From: an uncultured Holophagales bacterium
GTDB taxonomy: Bacteria; Acidobacteriota; Thermoanaerobaculia; Multivoradales; UBA5704
Length of the DNA: 64,000 bases
Direction of reading: 5' to 3'
NCBI GenBank assembly: GCA_963842525.1
Contig: CAWJGT010000003.1
Span: 1,856,001 to 1,920,000 of the forward strand
Shown: one piece after another, positions 34,178-42,531 of the stretch
Layout of the letters: the number at the start of each line of letters is the position of its first letter
Numbering within the stretch: position 1 is the stretch's first letter
Position numbers and translations under genes: made by a program
Notes under the pieces: generated by a model
Told to the model about the DNA's origin: nothing
Seen by the model: the letters and a program-made list of their open reading frames with translations, nothing else
The model's database searches: none

Positions 34178-35230
34178 ATGAACGCCGCCGAGCACGTCTT
34201 CGTCGGGATCCCGGGTCCGGAGCTGGATTCGGAGTCCGCCTCCCTGCTGGAGCGATACCAGCCGGGCGGGATCACCCTCTTCGCGCGCAACATCAAAGAT
34301 GCCGAGCAGCTCGGCGAGCTGGCGACCCAGATCCGAAAAGTGCTGCCCGATGCGGTGCTGGCGATCGACGCCGAAGGCGGGCGGGTCGACCGCCTGCGCA
34401 CCATCGTGGGGCCTGCCCCAGCCGCCTCGCTCCTCGCCCGCAAGCCGACCAGCTTCTCGTTCCAGGCCGGGCAGTGGATCGGCCATGCGCTGCGGCTCTT
34501 CGACCTGGACGTCGATTTCGCGCCGGTGGTGGACCTCGACCGCCGCGAGCGCGACAACGCCCTCGACGACCGTTATCTGGGAACTACCCCGACCGAGGTG
34601 GTGCCGCGCGCCCGTGCCTTCCTGCGCGGCCTCCACGCGGGCGGCGCGGGCGGCTGCCTGAAGCACTTCCCCGGCCTCGGCGGCGCGGCCGAGGACACCC
34701 ACTTCAAGGTCTCCTCCGTCTATCTCACCTCGGCGGTGCTGCGGGCGGACCTCGATCCCTTCGAGACCCTGGCCCGGCTCGCCGGCGCGGTCATGGTGGC
34801 CCATGCCATCTATCCGGCCTACGACGCCGGGCAACGGCCGGCGACCCTGTCGGCGCCGATCATCGGCGGGCTGCTCCGCGGGCGGCTGGGTTTCGACGGG
34901 CTGGTGTTCAGCGACGACCTGGAGATGAAGGCGCTGGACGACTGGGGCGACCTCGCCGAGCGCTCCGAGGCCGCCTTCGCGGCCGGCTGCGACGTGCTGC
35001 TCCTCTGCCACACCCTGGAGGCCCTGCCCGACGTGGTGGCGCGCCTGGAGCACCCCGCTCTCGAAGAGCGCCGGCAGGAGGCCCACCGCCGCCTCGACAC
35101 CTACCGGCAGCGCCTGCGCACCCTGCGTTCGGCGCGCGACTACGTCCATTTCATGCGCGGCGACCGGGGCGAGCGGCTGGAGAACATCCGCCAGGCCCTG
35201 GAGCAGATCACGGCCAGCGCGAGCGCCTGA
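34178..35230 (+). CDS. nagZ: Beta-N-acetylhexosaminidase (GH3)
   Basis: IDAEGGRV; KHFPGLG...DTH; SDDLEM. Confidence 0.9.
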   Translation: MNAAEHVFVGIPGPELDSESASLLERYQPGGITLFARNIKDAEQLGELATQIRKVLPDAVLAIDAEGGRVDRLRTIVGPAPAASLLARKPTSFSFQAGQWIGHALRLFDLDVDFAPVVDLDRRERDNALDDRYLGTTPTEVVPRARAFLRGLHAGGAGGCLKHFPGLGGAAEDTHFKVSSVYLTSAVLRADLDPFETLARLAGAVMVAHAIYPAYDAGQRPATLSAPIIGGLLRGRLGFDGLVFSDDLEMKALDDWGDLAERSEAAFAAGCDVLLLCHTLEALPDVVARLEHPALEERRQEAHRRLDTYRQRLRTLRSARDYVHFMRGDRGERLENIRQALEQITASASA

Positions 35231-35302
35231 CCTCACCCCTTTCTCCGATCACGGGGCGTGGGGTTTGGCGGCTGGTAGAATGCTGGTGAGTGAGGAATCA
35301 TC

Positions 35303-35554
35303 ATGCGAGTTCTCGAGATCCCCTACAGTGAAGACCTCCTGATCGCATCAGGCCAGGAGCCTCAGGAGCTGGAGCAGGAGCTGCGCTTTCTGCTCGCTTC
35401 CAGGTTGTTCGAGCTCCGCCGTTTGTCTCTCGGCAAGGCGAGCGAGTTGGCGGGTATTCCCCGCTTGCGGTTTATGGACGAGCTCGGCCGACGCCAGATT
35501 CCTGTGATCAACCTCGCTGAGGACCAGATCCGCGACGAGCTGTGGGATGACTGA
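35303..35554 (+). CDS. UPF0175 family protein (putative antitoxin)
   Basis: LSLGKASELAG HTH; upstream of PIN gene. Confidence 0.82.
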   Translation: MRVLEIPYSEDLLIASGQEPQELEQELRFLLASRLFELRRLSLGKASELAGIPRLRFMDELGRRQIPVINLAEDQIRDELWDD

Positions 35555-36038
35555 GCTGGTCATCGTCGCAGATTCGAGTCCTCTGATCGGGCTTGCCCGT
35601 ATTGGGCAACTCGAGATTCTCCGCAAACTGGCGTCGAGGGTTCTGATGCCTCCAGCTGTGCGCGACGAGATCACCCTCTACAGCCGGGAGGCCCCGGGCG
35701 CCGCAGTGATCCGTCAGGCTACATGGATCGAGCTCGAGGTGCCTGATCAGCTTCAGGTAGAGCCTCTTACCATCCTGGTGGACCGTGGCGAAGCTGAGGC
35801 CATTGCTCTGGCTCAGAGGCTTTCAGATGCCTTGCTTCTCCTGGACGACGCCAGAGCGCGCCGTGTCGCGGAGAGGTTGGGCATTCGCCGCATCGGCACG
35901 GTCGGCCTCTTGAGACGCGCGAAAAAGGCTGGATTGATCCCGGAGGTCAAGCCACATCTCGAGGCACTCATGGCGAACGGGATCTATATTCATCGGGCGC
36001 TCATCGAAGCTGTCTTGAAAGACCTGGGTGAAGCGTAA
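35547..36038 (+). CDS. DUF3368 PIN-domain protein (putative toxin)
   Basis: VADSSPLI; GEAEAIALA; LLDDARAR; GTVGLL. Confidence 0.88.
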   Translation: MTELVIVADSSPLIGLARIGQLEILRKLASRVLMPPAVRDEITLYSREAPGAAVIRQATWIELEVPDQLQVEPLTILVDRGEAEAIALAQRLSDALLLLDDARARRVAERLGIRRIGTVGLLRRAKKAGLIPEVKPHLEALMANGIYIHRALIEAVLKDLGEA

Positions 36039-36082
36039 GAGCGTGGGCCAGGGACGCCCCGGCAGGCACCGCCAGCGCGTAG

Positions 36083-36184
36083 CCTCACCCCCTGTCCCCA
36101 TAGGCGCTTACTTTGCGCCGGCGCTCCCAGGGCCACCCTCCCCTCCCAGAGCAAAGTTAACGCCTATGGGGACAGGGGGTGAGG
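36083..36184. mobile_element. 102-bp MITE/REP-like element with perfect 24-bp inverted repeats
   Basis: CCTCACCCCCTGTCCCCATAGGCG...CGCCTATGGGGACAGGGGGTGAGG. Confidence 0.65.
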
Positions 36185-36185
36185 T

Positions 36186-37385
36186 CTACGGATCCGGCGG
36201 GATCATCGGCGCCAGCGACATCTCGTCCGTCTCGTCTGAGGCCTGCTCCTCGGCCGGACGGGCGGGCCCGCGCGGAGGACCGACGACCTGGTCGCGTCCG
36301 CTCTCCTTGGCCTGGTAGAGGCGGCGGTCGGCGCAGGCGAGGATCTCGGCGGCGGTCATGCCGTCCTCCGGCCAGCTCGCGACGCCGATGCTCACGGTCA
36401 GCGAGACCGGCCGGGCGCGGCCGGAGAGGTGGATCGGCGTGGCGGCCACGGTGCGCCGGAAGCGCTCCAGCAGGTCCTGCGCCCGGCTGCTGCGCACCCC
36501 CGGCAGGATGAGGGCGAACTCCTCGCCGCCATAGCGCGCCACCACGTCGCTCTCCCGGCAGGAGCTGCGCAGCGTCTCCGCCACCAGCCGCAGCGCCTCG
36601 TCGCCTCCCGCATGGCCGAAGGTGTCGTTGAAGCGCTTGAACCAGTCGATGTCCAGCATCGCCACGGCGAAGCGTGCGTCCTCGCGCCGCGCCACGGCCA
36701 CCTCCCGTTCGAGCTGCTCGTTGAAGACCGCCCGGTTGAGCAGGCCGGTGAAGCGGTCGCGGGTGGAGAGCAGGCGCAGCTCCCGCGCCCGCACGACGAT
36801 CGTGGCCGCGAGCAGGGTCGCCCCGGCGAGCTGGACGATCCGCCAGAGCTGGTCGCCCCAGCGGAAGATCCCCGCGGCCAGCGCCTCGGCCCAGAGCGCC
36901 AGGCCCACATACTGTAAGAGGCACAGGAGGCCGGTCACCAGGCAGATGCGCGCGTCGTAGCGCAGGCTGGTGGCACCGATCGCCAGGAAATACAGGGGGA
37001 AGATCACCAGGTCGCTGGTGGCCTCCTGCGGCCGGCCGAGGAGGACGAACAGGCAGAGCAGCCCGCTCACCAGGCTGACGTCGAGCAGGCTGCTGGCGAA
37101 GCCCATCCAGGACCGGCCCCAGTTGCGGCGGGTGGCGGAATAGATCATCAACGCGCCGAGCAACCCGCCGCCGGCGATCGCCAGGAGGGCGCGCGGATCG
37201 CGGTCGAGCGGCGAGCGGATGTACTCGTTGGCCGGGATGTAGACGAGGATCAGGACGATGAGGAGCCGGACGCCTGCGATCAACAGCTCGCCGCTGAAGG
37301 CGGCGTCGGAGATCTCGGGCTCCGGCCGCGTCCAGACGCGCCGCCAGAGGGACGGCTCCGCGGGAGGTTGCTCGCTCTTCGGCAT
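36186..37385 (-). CDS. Membrane-bound diguanylate cyclase
   Basis: Several TM helices; DIDWFKRFNDTFGH; RESD I-site; RYGGEEF. Confidence 0.92.
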   Translation of the reverse strand: MPKSEQPPAEPSLWRRVWTRPEPEISDAAFSGELLIAGVRLLIVLILVYIPANEYIRSPLDRDPRALLAIAGGGLLGALMIYSATRRNWGRSWMGFASSLLDVSLVSGLLCLFVLLGRPQEATSDLVIFPLYFLAIGATSLRYDARICLVTGLLCLLQYVGLALWAEALAAGIFRWGDQLWRIVQLAGATLLAATIVVRARELRLLSTRDRFTGLLNRAVFNEQLEREVAVARREDARFAVAMLDIDWFKRFNDTFGHAGGDEALRLVAETLRSSCRESDVVARYGGEEFALILPGVRSSRAQDLLERFRRTVAATPIHLSGRARPVSLTVSIGVASWPEDGMTAAEILACADRRLYQAKESGRDQVVGPPRGPARPAEEQASDETDEMSLAPMIPPDP

Positions 37386-37498
37386 GGACGGCGCACCTGC
37401 GGGCGGCGGTGCGCCGCGCACGTCGCGCAACACCGCCCGTTCGTCGGAACCCAGGATCCGATCGAGATCAGGTGCCCCAGTCTAGCAGAGCCGGAACG

Positions 37499-37778
37499 AT
37501 CCCGGCGCGTGATCGGGACCGCGGTCGGGGTGACCGGGACCACGAAGCGCGGGCTGCGGACCACGGTGCCTGTGACCGGGCTCGCGGGTCCGGACCGGGC
37601 TTCGCGGTCCGCGCTGCAGGCATCACGGTCCCTGTCACTGGCACGACGATGCCTGTCACAGGGACCACGGTCCGCATCCACGCGCCTGGCGATGCCAGCG
37701 ACATGGACCGCGAAGCCCGGGGGCGCTTTGCGGTCCCGGCGACAGGGAGCACGGAGCCGGTGACAGGGACCGTGGTCC
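37499..37778. repeat. Degenerate 21-nt tandem array with palindromic units
   Basis: About 13-14 units, consensus near CACGGTCCCTGTGACAGGGAC. Confidence 0.7.
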
Positions 37779-37800
37779 TGGACTGTGCCGTCCTCCCCTT

Positions 37801-37860
37801 CCCCCCTCTCCCGGGAGACCGGGAGTGCGGCTGGGAGAGGGGGGCCAGGGGGGTGAGGGA
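37801..37860. repeat. REP element (CCCTCACCCC family)
   Basis: CCCCCCTCTCCC...GGGAGAGGGGGG..GGGGGTGAGGG. Confidence 0.75.
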
Positions 37861-37864
37861 CCGC

Positions 37865-38311
37865 TCAGAACGGGATGTCGTCGTCTTCCGGCTCGCCGCC
37901 GTAGCTGGGCTCCTCGTACGAGGGGCTGCCGCCGGGGGACGATGCTCCGGCGCCGGCCGGCTCGTAATCGCCGCCGCCGCCGGTGCGCGAGCCGAGCATC
38001 TGGAAGTTCTCGCAGATGACCTCGGTGCGATAGCGCTTCTCGCCGCTCTGGCGGTCGTCCCAGGAACGGGTCTGGAGGCGCCCTTCGACATAGATCTGCT
38101 TGCCCTTGGTCAGGTACTGGCCGGCGACCTCCGCCTGGCGTCCGAAGCAGACGATGGTGTGCCACTCCGTCTGGTCCTGGCGCTGGCCGTTCTTGTCCTT
38201 CCACCGGCGGCTGGTGGCCAGGGTGAAGTTTGCGACCGGCTGCCCCGAGGGAAGGGATCGCACCTCCGGATCCTTCCCCAGATTGCCGACCAGAATCACT
38301 TTGTTGATCAT
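37865..38311 (-). CDS. ssb: Single-stranded DNA-binding protein
   Basis: [15 protein letters not shown]; DDDIPF tail. Confidence 0.97.
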   Translation of the reverse strand: MINKVILVGNLGKDPEVRSLPSGQPVANFTLATSRRWKDKNGQRQDQTEWHTIVCFGRQAEVAGQYLTKGKQIYVEGRLQTRSWDDRQSGEKRYRTEVICENFQMLGSRTGGGGDYEPAGAGASSPGGSPSYEEPSYGGEPEDDDIPF

Positions 38312-38433
38312 GCTCGATTCTCCTCAGGGGTTCGAATCAGGTACGGTATCACACCACTGCCGCGGCCGGCTCTCCCGCCCGCCGGACCCGGCGGCAGGAA
38401 AAAAGTTCCCGGCGGGGGGAAGGGACGTCTCGC

Positions 38434-38883
38434 GTGCGCGTCGTGATCCAGCGGGTGAGCTCGGCGTCGGTCCGGGTCGAGGGCGCGGTAGTTGGAGCAG
38501 TGGGAGAGATCGGCCGCGGTCTCCTCGTCCTGGTGGGGATCGAGCGCGGCGACGGTCCGGCCCAGGTGAAGGCGGCGGCCGAGAAGCTCGCCGGCCTGCG
38601 CGTTTTCGAGGACGAGGCGGGCCGGATGAACCTCGACGCCGCGGCGGCCGGCGGCGCCTTCCTGATCGTCTCCCAGTTCACCCTCGCCGGCTCGATCGAG
38701 CGCGGCCGCCGTCCCTCCTTCGACCGCGCCGCGCCGCCTGCCGAGGCCGAGCCGCTGATCGACGCCCTGGTCGCCGACCTGCGGCAGCGGGGCTTCCGCG
38801 TCGAGACCGGCCGTTTCCGCGCCCACATGGACGTGGCGCTGGTCAACGACGGCCCGGTGACGCTGGTGGCGGATTTCAATTGA
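38434..38883 (+). CDS. dtd: D-aminoacyl-tRNA deacylase
   Basis: MRVVIQRV; VSQFTL; NDGPVT. Confidence 0.96.
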   Translation: MRVVIQRVSSASVRVEGAVVGAVGEIGRGLLVLVGIERGDGPAQVKAAAEKLAGLRVFEDEAGRMNLDAAAAGGAFLIVSQFTLAGSIERGRRPSFDRAAPPAEAEPLIDALVADLRQRGFRVETGRFRAHMDVALVNDGPVTLVADFN

Positions 38884-39015
38884 CCTCCGGTTGAGCCCAG
38901 ATGGATCCCAGATGGCCTTCCGGCGAAACCGGCGTTATGATCTCCGGGAAAACCGGATGCGGGTTGACGATCCCGAAGTGGGCCGCTAGTCTCGTCCCAG
39001 AAGCAGGAGGTATCC

Positions 39016-39636
39016 ATGGCCGAGCCGGCACGCCCGCTGAGCCTTCCAGAACGTGAAAACGAGAGAGCCTGGCCTGCCCAGGGAATGTGGACTTATGAAG
39101 ACTACCGCCGCCTTCCCGAGGATGGCCGACGCTACGAGGTCCTCCGAGGTCACCTGTACGTGAGCCCTGCACCCTCGACCGATCACCAGCGCACCGTCAA
39201 CGGGCTGTCCTGGAAGCTCAGCCTGTTCGTGCGTGGCCGTGCCCTGGGCGAGGTGTTCACAGCTCCCTACGACATCCTGCTTCCTCGCGGCATCGCGACT
39301 CCTGTCCAGCCGGACCTGATTTTCTTCCGGAAGGGCAACCTGCCCCGGTCCGGCACGCCGAATTTCCAGGGTATTCCGGACCTGGTGATCGAGGTCCTCT
39401 CGCCTGGTACCCGCCATCTGGACACCCGTAAGCTCGCTGCCTACCTGGAAGCAGGCGTCCCGGAGGTCTGGCACGCGGACCCGCAGGAACAGACGATCGT
39501 CGTCTACGGCTTGAGCGAGGACGGCAAGCGCTACCTTGGGCTGAGCCGGGGCGGCGTCGGAGAGTCGGTCACCTCTCGTGTCCTTCCGGACCTGTGGGTC
39601 GAAGTCTCCGAGATCTTTCCTCCCGAGCCCGAGTAA
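39016..39636 (+). CDS. Uma2 family endonuclease
   Basis: WTYEDY; QPDL; PDLVIEVLSP; GVPEVW. Confidence 0.9.
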   Translation: MAEPARPLSLPERENERAWPAQGMWTYEDYRRLPEDGRRYEVLRGHLYVSPAPSTDHQRTVNGLSWKLSLFVRGRALGEVFTAPYDILLPRGIATPVQPDLIFFRKGNLPRSGTPNFQGIPDLVIEVLSPGTRHLDTRKLAAYLEAGVPEVWHADPQEQTIVVYGLSEDGKRYLGLSRGGVGESVTSRVLPDLWVEVSEIFPPEPE

Positions 39637-40709
39637 GCCTGGGCGGAGAGGAGCTCCGGAAGTGAGGTCCTGACCGGGATCACGTCCAGCGGGATCGGCA
39701 TGAACGAGAGGATGAACATCACCAGGGCGAGCCAGGCAAGGAGCCGCCGCTTGCGGTCCAGCGGGATGCGCTCGTCGCGCAGCGGCGGATGATGGAGACC
39801 GATCAGTAGGACGATCACGCACCAGAGGAGCCAGCCCGGCCAGTAGAAGCCGGTCAGGCCAAGCGCCAGCCAGAGAGGGAGGGCAAGCCGCCGCTGCAGC
39901 CGCCCCATGGCCGCATACAGGATGTGTCCGCCGTCGAGCTGGCCGAGGGGCAGAAGATTGAGGGAGGTGGCGAAGAGCCCGAACCACGCGCCCAGGGCGG
40001 CCGGATGGAGGTTGAGGTACCAGCCTTCTGGGAGCGGGCCGTGGAAGATCCGTGCGGCAATGGCCAGGGCCAGGCACTTGCCGGGGGCGAAGAGGGCGCC
40101 GGACGCCTCCGACTCGGTGGTGGGGACGATCGAGACCACCTGGGAGTGGGCGACCCCATAGAGGAGAAAGGGGATCAGCATCACGAACCCGGCGATGGGC
40201 CCGGCGACGCCCACGTCGAACAGCTCCCGCTTGGACCGGATGGGAGCCCGGATCCGGATGAAGGCGCCGAACGTGCCCAACCCGAAGGGGACCGGCAGAA
40301 AGAAGGGAGGAGTGCAGGGCAGACGATACAGGCGGCAGGCGATGTAGTGCCCCAGCTCGTGCGCGAGGAGGATGACCAGGGCGGAGAACGTGAAGATGAC
40401 GCCGATCCGCAGCAGAGCCGGATCTCTCCAGACGGCGAGCGCCACGCGGGGTGTCAGCACGACACCCCAGGCGGTCGGCAGGTCCGTCTGAACGTCGGTC
40501 CGGCTCAGGAGATAGGTCACCGGCCCCAGGGTCGTCGTGGTCAAGGCGGTCAGCAGGAAGAGCAGGACCGCCAGCCCATACTTCGGCGGCGGGGGTGGCG
40601 GGGCCGGCCGCATGTCCTCGGCCGGAGGAAGCAGCTCGATAACCGGATGACCGGGCCGGCGGAAGGGCAGCGGAGGCCCCTCGGGCCAGGAGCGCGGGGG
40701 CTCATTCAT
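39531..40709 (-). CDS. Site-2 protease (M50)
   Basis: AHELGH; GVAGP; NLLPLGQLDGGH; 3' end overlaps convergent Uma2 gene. Confidence 0.9.
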   Translation of the reverse strand: MNEPPRSWPEGPPLPFRRPGHPVIELLPPAEDMRPAPPPPPPKYGLAVLLFLLTALTTTTLGPVTYLLSRTDVQTDLPTAWGVVLTPRVALAVWRDPALLRIGVIFTFSALVILLAHELGHYIACRLYRLPCTPPFFLPVPFGLGTFGAFIRIRAPIRSKRELFDVGVAGPIAGFVMLIPFLLYGVAHSQVVSIVPTTESEASGALFAPGKCLALAIAARIFHGPLPEGWYLNLHPAALGAWFGLFATSLNLLPLGQLDGGHILYAAMGRLQRRLALPLWLALGLTGFYWPGWLLWCVIVLLIGLHHPPLRDERIPLDRKRRLLAWLALVMFILSFMPIPLDVIPVRTSLPELLSAQAYSGSGGKISETSTHRSGRTREVTDSPTPPRLSPR

Positions 40710-40734
40710 CCGAGCTGTTCCGCCAGGAAAGAAA

Positions 40735-41001
40735 TCAGAGGTTCTTCAGATCTTTGCCGGGTTTGAAGCGGACCGTCTTGCCGGGCGAGATCGCAACTTC
40801 GACGCCGGTCTTCGGGTTGCGCCCGACACCCTTCTTGCGGTCGCGCACCTGGAACACCCCGAAGCCGCGGAGCTCGATGCGCTTGCCGTCGCAGAGCGCG
40901 TTCTTCATGGCCTCGATGATGGTGTCGACGGCCTGGGCCGCCTTGACCCGGGGGACGTCGGTGAGCTCCGCGACCTGGTCTACGATATCCGACTTGATCA
41001 T
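40735..41001 (-). CDS. HU/IHF family DNA-binding protein
   Basis: IELRGFGVF...GRNPKTG...FKPGK; upstream TTGACT-17-TAGACT. Confidence 0.95.
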   Translation of the reverse strand: MIKSDIVDQVAELTDVPRVKAAQAVDTIIEAMKNALCDGKRIELRGFGVFQVRDRKKGVGRNPKTGVEVAISPGKTVRFKPGKDLKNL

Positions 41002-41069
41002 TTGTGCTCCGAAACGGCGCCGAGTCTAGCAACGGCTCCGGGGTGAGTCAATCGCGCCGGAGGCCCTCC

Positions 41070-42398
41070 TCAAGACTGGGCTTCTCCCTGTTTTTTGTGA
41101 AGGATACAGCGCTCGAACGCGACGGCCGTGGAGACCGCCAGGCGCTGGAGCTGCTCGAGGTCGAACTTCTTCGCTCCGTCGGCGTAGATGACCATCACCA
41201 GGCGGTCCTTCATGCGCACCGGCAGCATCACGCAGTCGCGGGGGAGGTCTCCACCCCAGGCCCGGGCGAGCTCGCGGTGCGCCGGCATGGGCGGCAGCGG
41301 GCCGATGTAGAGGCTGCTCCCCTGGCGCAGGTTGAGGAAGACCGACGGCTGGTCGAAGCCGACCGAAAACTTGCGGAACGCGGCCTGGTCGATCCCCTCG
41401 CCCGCGGCCAGCCAGGCGCTGACCTTGTCGCGTCCCGTCTGGAAGAGAGCCACGCGGCGGTGGCTCCGGCCCAGGAAGCCGAGGACGATCTGCGCCACGG
41501 TCTCCCGGTCCCACGTTCCCTCGAACGCCTTTTCGACCTCGTCGAGCGTCTTCGGGAGCACGCCCAGCGCCTCCCGCTCCTCCAGGCTCAGCGGCACGCT
41601 CGTGGGCCGCTTGGCGGGGGCCGGGCTGGCTGCGACTGCGGGAGCCGGCGGCGGGGGCGGTGTTGGCTCGGGTGTTGGCGCGGCCTTCGGCGGCTGGACC
41701 GCTGGGGCCGGGGGCGGTACGGCTGAAGCGGGCCGCGGCGCCGGCGGCTTCGGGGGAGCAGGGGCCGGCTGGAACCGCGCGGGAGCAGAGGCCGCCGCCG
41801 TTTCGGGCAGCAGCGGCGGCGGCGCCATCCTGGGAGGGGCGGCACGGACCCCCAGCAGGTCGTCGAGCGGCGTGGCGAGCGTGGTGACGCTCTCGGCGCG
41901 CGTCTCGGGCCTTTCCCAGAAGTAGCGGGCCCGGTTCAGGCGCTCCACCAGCCGGCCGTAGCGGGAGGGGGTCTCTTCCCTGTAGTGCTTCTCCAGCGCC
42001 TCCAGGATGCGCAGCTCATGGGCCACGTAGACCTTCACCCGTTTGCCGGAGGCGAAGGCGATCTCGTCCTGGCAGGCGAGGTTGCGGGCGTCCATCATTG
42101 CCAGGTCGAGCCGGCTCCCCTCCACCCGGAAGGGGATCGCGCGGCAGCGGCGGGCGAGCTTTTCGGGCAGGAGGGCCAGCACCTCCTCGGGGATGCCCCG
42201 CAGGTCGTCGAGGTTGACCGCGGGCACCCCGAGCTGCTCGGCAAGGCCCTTGAGGAGCAGATCCTCGCCGAGGGCGTCGCTCTCCAGCAGACAGGTGCCG
42301 AGGCGGCCGCCGACGACGCTCTGGTTCTGCAGGGCACGGGTGAGCTGCTGGACCGTGATCCAGCCGCGCGCCACCAGGAGCTGTCCGAGCTTGCCCAT
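41070..42398 (-). CDS. MshEN (GspE N-terminal) domain protein with Pro-rich linker
   Basis: Tandem KLGQLLVARGWI..L..Q / RLGTCLL..L..Q; no ATPase domain. Confidence 0.75.
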   Translation of the reverse strand: MGKLGQLLVARGWITVQQLTRALQNQSVVGGRLGTCLLESDALGEDLLLKGLAEQLGVPAVNLDDLRGIPEEVLALLPEKLARRCRAIPFRVEGSRLDLAMMDARNLACQDEIAFASGKRVKVYVAHELRILEALEKHYREETPSRYGRLVERLNRARYFWERPETRAESVTTLATPLDDLLGVRAAPPRMAPPPLLPETAAASAPARFQPAPAPPKPPAPRPASAVPPPAPAVQPPKAAPTPEPTPPPPPAPAVAASPAPAKRPTSVPLSLEEREALGVLPKTLDEVEKAFEGTWDRETVAQIVLGFLGRSHRRVALFQTGRDKVSAWLAAGEGIDQAAFRKFSVGFDQPSVFLNLRQGSSLYIGPLPPMPAHRELARAWGGDLPRDCVMLPVRMKDRLVMVIYADGAKKFDLEQLQRLAVSTAVAFERCILHKKQGEAQS

Positions 42399-42531
42399 TC
42401 GTCGCTATCTTGCCACGCCTTGCCGGGTGCTTCTAAATCATTCTTTTTACGCTACTTAACCGTAAGGGCGTCATTATAGAGGCGGCCCGATGGCCTTGTA
42501 AAGCGGCGCGGGGCGCTGCTATCCTGCGGGT

